Source: Octopus bimaculoides (Eukaryota). Taken from it: a DNA stretch of 40,081 nt. Position 1 is the stretch's first letter; each line of letters starts with the position of its first letter. The stretch is from contig NC_068999.1 in assembly GCF_001194135.2 (NCBI RefSeq), positions 5,801,454 through 5,841,534 on the forward strand, given 5' to 3'. The notes below the pieces were generated by a model, which saw only the letters and a list, made by a program, of their open reading frames with translations, was not told the DNA's origin and made no database searches. The position numbers and the translations under genes are program-made. Positions 36,193 through 40,081 of this stretch are shown one piece after another.

Positions 36193-36725
36193 TATGTGCG
36201 TATGTGTGTGTGTGTGTCTGTGTCTGTGTGTGCGAGTATGTGTATGTGAATGTATATGCATGTATATACAATCGTATATGAAGTTAGAAAACGGGAACGG
36301 TATATACATATATATATTCATGCATAGAGAGAGGAGACAGAACATAATACAAAGGAGAAGCGATGATGGAAAACAAACATAAATGATGTCTTGAATATTC
36401 ATCGGTGACTTTAGTCGTTGACCATTCCCTTTTGCTTGTGTGAGAAGGACGAAACTAAACATATGAAATTGAGTTAGAATAACTCATCGACGTAAAGGAA
36501 ACGTTTTATTGGTTAACATCAAGTTTTCTGAACTTATCTGTCTGTTTATTTGGCTGCATGTTTAATTAAAACTTAAACGTAATGCTTTGAGAGAGAGGAG
36601 GAGGAGGAAGTGTTTCAAGAGAGATAAATACTTCTGAGGTGTTTCGAGATAATTGTCACGGACATACATGATGGCTGGATAGAAGGTCAACCATATTACC
36701 CGTAGGTTTATCCCCACTTCTCTAA

Positions 36726-36767
<42 letters not shown>

Positions 36768-37229
36768 ATGTGTGTGTGTGTGTGTGTGTCTGTCTGTCTG
36801 TCTCCCTCCCTCTTTCTCTCTCTCTCTTACTCTTTCTCGCTTCCCCTCTTCATGTACCATCTTTCAGTCGTCGATAATCAGGGACTTCCATATTAAAAGG
36901 TAAAGAATCTGGATTTTTCATGGGAATGATACAGCTCTGGTTTTCTTATTGCATCCTTTTGGTTTGTTTAATGCTTATTTTCATTGTAGTCAACTAATCT
37001 ACCATGCTTATTTGTGACAGGAGAACATGAAACATGTGACAGAAGAACATGAAATATTTCAAGCGGATAAATACTACTGTACTTTTTCAATAATCTTCGC
37101 GAACATTTGTGATTGTAGAATAGAGGAGCTAAAATAGCTTTTCCTACTCTTAGATAGAGATTAAAAGTTAAAATGTAGATTTATACTATACCCGGAATGA
37201 CTCTATACTTGGAATGACCAATTTTAAAT

Positions 37230-37670
37230 ACTATTGCATTTTACTCACAAGGTATTGGAATCTTATATGTGTACCATTCTGCCTAAATAATGGATCTACA
37301 AATGCAATATCCCTCCATATCTCACATATATTTTCATTCCTCCACTTCACTCTCTATTTCGTATCTTATCTAAATTAACTATTGCTTAACCATCTTCTCA
37401 CACCGTCTCCGATGAAGGGATATAATGAGTATCCTGGAAACAGCTGTAAGACCTATTTTTTAACGTTCTAAAATCTTCACAGCTTTGTTGTTTTTTTTTT
37501 TATCTCATTACGAAAAGTAAATCCTTATATACACACGCTGATATATGACTTACGTTGGACCCCTTATTCGCATAATCACCGAACCTGGAGCTTAACTGTG
37601 GTCTATCCATAGCACTTACTCAGGATTACCTGACATCTTGGGTCTTATTGACACCATTACTTCTTATAAA
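37230..37670 (+). mobile_element. Probable PLE terminal-repeat remnant with hammerhead motif at 37405-37452
   Basis: GTCT-CCGATGA-AGGGATAtaatgagTATCCTG-GAAA-CAGCTG-TA-AGAC; perfect palindrome ACAGCTGT. Element boundaries are approximate. Confidence 0.55.
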
Positions 37671-37683
37671 CCATATTATATGT

Positions 37684-37775
<92 letters not shown>

Positions 37776-37900
37776 GCACACACACATATATACATGTGTG
37801 TATATATATATATGAAACATCATATATAAATAATTATATATTATTATATAATGCTACATTAGAATATAATGTAATATAATGCACCTGCATGAATGCGTGC

Positions 37901-37931
<31 letters not shown>

Positions 37932-38311
37932 CGTACATTCTTTGCAACGTTTAACTTCAACACGGTATTTTAATAAAAGCCAATGACATATATGGAATTT
38001 CAGGATAACAGAAATATATGGAAACTCATTAGTAACGAGAATTTATTTGATATTCGCTGAAATATTTATGGAAGACATCTTGGGAAGTAATCATATTTAA
38101 TGTAATTTAAAATTTTTTATAATGTCGAAATGCTCTTGCAATTTATATTCTTGGTTTCGGCGTTTAAATAATGTACAATCAACTCCACGCATGCGTGTAT
38201 GTATGTATGTATGTATATATATATACATACATATATATACATATATATATGTGTGTATGTATGTATATATATATGTGTGTATGTAGATAAATATACAGAT
38301 ATATTTATAAA

Positions 38312-38359
<48 letters not shown>

Positions 38360-39290
38360 CACATGTTCACGTATAGATACACACGCAAGCACACACACAC
38401 ACGCGCGCGAACGCAAGCACACGCACACACAAACACATACGCGCGCAAATAGCCATACGTCTTAACGTTGCGAGCCATTTAAATCGAATAAAGCGCCTTC
38501 ACTCCCGTCGAAGTTTTATTTTAAGTAAATTATTTTGATGATTTATTATTCATTTNNNNNNNNNNNNNNNNNNNNNNNNNNNNNNNNNNNNNNNNNNNNN
38601 NNNNNNNNNNNNNNNNNNNNNNNNNNNNNNNNNNNNNNNNNNNNNNNNNNNNNNNNNNNNNNNNNNNNNNNNNNNNNNNNNNNNNNNNNNNNNNNNNNNN
38701 NNNNNNNNNNNNNNNNNNNNNNNNNNNNNNNNNNNNNNNNNNNNNNNNNNNNNNNNNNNNNNNNNNNNNNNNNNNNNNNNNNNNNNNNNNNNNNNNNNNN
38801 NNNNNNNNNNNNNNNNNNNNNNNNNNNNNNNNNNNNNNNNNNNNNNNNNNNNNNNNNNNNNNNNNNNNNNNNNNNNNNNNNNNNNNNNNNNNNNNNNNNN
38901 NNNNNNNNNNNNNNNNNNNNNNNNNNNNNNNNNNNNNNNNNNNNNNNNNNNNNNNNNNNNNNNNNNNNNNNNNNNNNNNNNNNNNNNNNNNNNNNNNNNN
39001 NNNNNNNNNNNNNNNNNNNNNNNNNNNNNNNNNNNNNNNNNNNNNNNNNNNNNNNNNNNNNNNNNNNNNNNNNNNNNNNNNNNNNNNNNNNNNNNNNNNN
39101 NNNNNNNNNNNNNNNNNNNNNNNNNNNNNNNNNNNNNNNNNNNNNNNNNNNNNNNNNNNNNNNNNNNNNNNNNNNNNNNNNNNNNNNNNNNNNNNNNNNN
39201 NNNNNNNNNNNNNNNNNNNNNNNNNNNNNNNNNNNNNNNNNNNNNNNNNNNNNNNNNNNNTAATTTATATAGACGATAAGAAAATAGAGG

Positions 39291-39322
<32 letters not shown>

Positions 39323-39326
<4 letters not shown>

Positions 39327-39541
39327 CCCACAGTGGGCTAAACAGAGAGAGGACAAACAAGGACAGACAAAGGGGCTAAGTCGATTACATCGACCCCAGT
39401 GCGTAACTGGTACTTATTTAATGGACCCCGAAAGGATGAAAGGCAAAGTCGACCTCGGCGGAATTTGAACTCAGAGCGTTAAGTCATACGAAATACCGCT
39501 AAGCATTTCGTCCGGCGTGCTAACGTTTCTGCCAGCTCACC
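39323..39541 (-). mobile_element. SINE family A, full length, tail type 1
   Basis: Near-consensus copy ending in (TA)n. Confidence 0.9.
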
Positions 39542-39648
39542 TGAGGCTATAATAGAAGACGCATGCTCAAGATGCTTGGCAGTGGCACTGAACCCAGAAC
39601 CATGTAGTTGGGAAGCAAGCCTTTTACCACACAGCCATGACAGCGCCC
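39541..39648 (-). mobile_element. SINE family B head fused directly to a family A copy
   Basis: Minus GGCGCTGTCATGGCTGTGTGGTAAAAGG...GGGTTCAGTGCC...ATAGCCTCAG|GTGAGCTGGCAG. Confidence 0.7.
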
Positions 39649-39734
39649 ACACAGCCACACATAGAAATGAATATATGTATATACATGTCTGTGTGTGTGT
39701 GTTTGTGCCTTTGTATTTATATATTTGGCTTTTT

Positions 39735-39905
39735 TTCTCTCACTCTTCAACAACCGGCGTTGGTTTGCTTATGTCCGCGTAACTTTGCAGAAAAGCACAA
39801 AGAAGACGATAGGAAAAATGCCAAACTTAAAAATGAGTACTAGTATCAATACGTTCGACTTGCACGTTCTGAGCGATGCTCCAGCATAACCGCAGACTAA
39901 TGACT
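39735..39905 (+). mobile_element. SINE family B 3' half, diverged
   Basis: CAACAACCGGCGTTGG...GATGCTCCAGCATAACCGCAGACTAATGACTGA is the reverse orientation of the tail seen at 4840-4900. Confidence 0.55.
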
Positions 39906-40081
39906 GACTGAAGTTAAAGAATAAAGAAGTAAATAAACACTTAGATATAGTGTTATTCAGACTAAATGAATTAAGAATAACCAGTGGCAACAACATTAGA
40001 ATAAACATCTTCATTTTTTTGGTTTGTTGTAAAGTGTATGCCTTGAGATGTTTTCAGATAATTTAGTGTACATAACTATAT

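Overview
AT-rich eukaryotic non-coding DNA with 13 N-gaps (about 4 kb in total) and very dense microsatellites. The repeat content points to an octopod cephalopod genome; this is an inference from recalled repeat families, not a database search. I cannot support any intact host protein-coding exon, and nearly all entries in the ORF track are microsatellite or N-gap read-throughs. What is present is a transposon graveyard. (i) About 17 copies of one tRNA-derived SINE (family A, Meta/Sauria-like central block, at least two different 3' tails), plus two other tRNA-headed SINE families (B, C). (ii) Decayed fragments of R4/Dong-type restriction-like-endonuclease (REL) LINEs from two lineages, both ending in (AAT)n, plus L1/Tx1-like and CR1-like LINE fragments, a possible HERO/NeSL end and three mariner transposase remnants. 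(iii) A set of minimal type I hammerhead-ribozyme motifs with palindromic stem III, of the kind carried by Penelope-like elements (PLEs). One (27097-27154, minus) is nearly intact, and one sits behind a tRNA-like head. Other notable structures: a SINE tail that matches a LINE 3' end elsewhere in the window, a same-strand train of five retroposons linked by microsatellite tails, two closely spaced inverted SINE pairs (possible dsRNA/ADAR substrates), and a decayed ~135-bp tandem repeat that retains signs of former protein-coding constraint.
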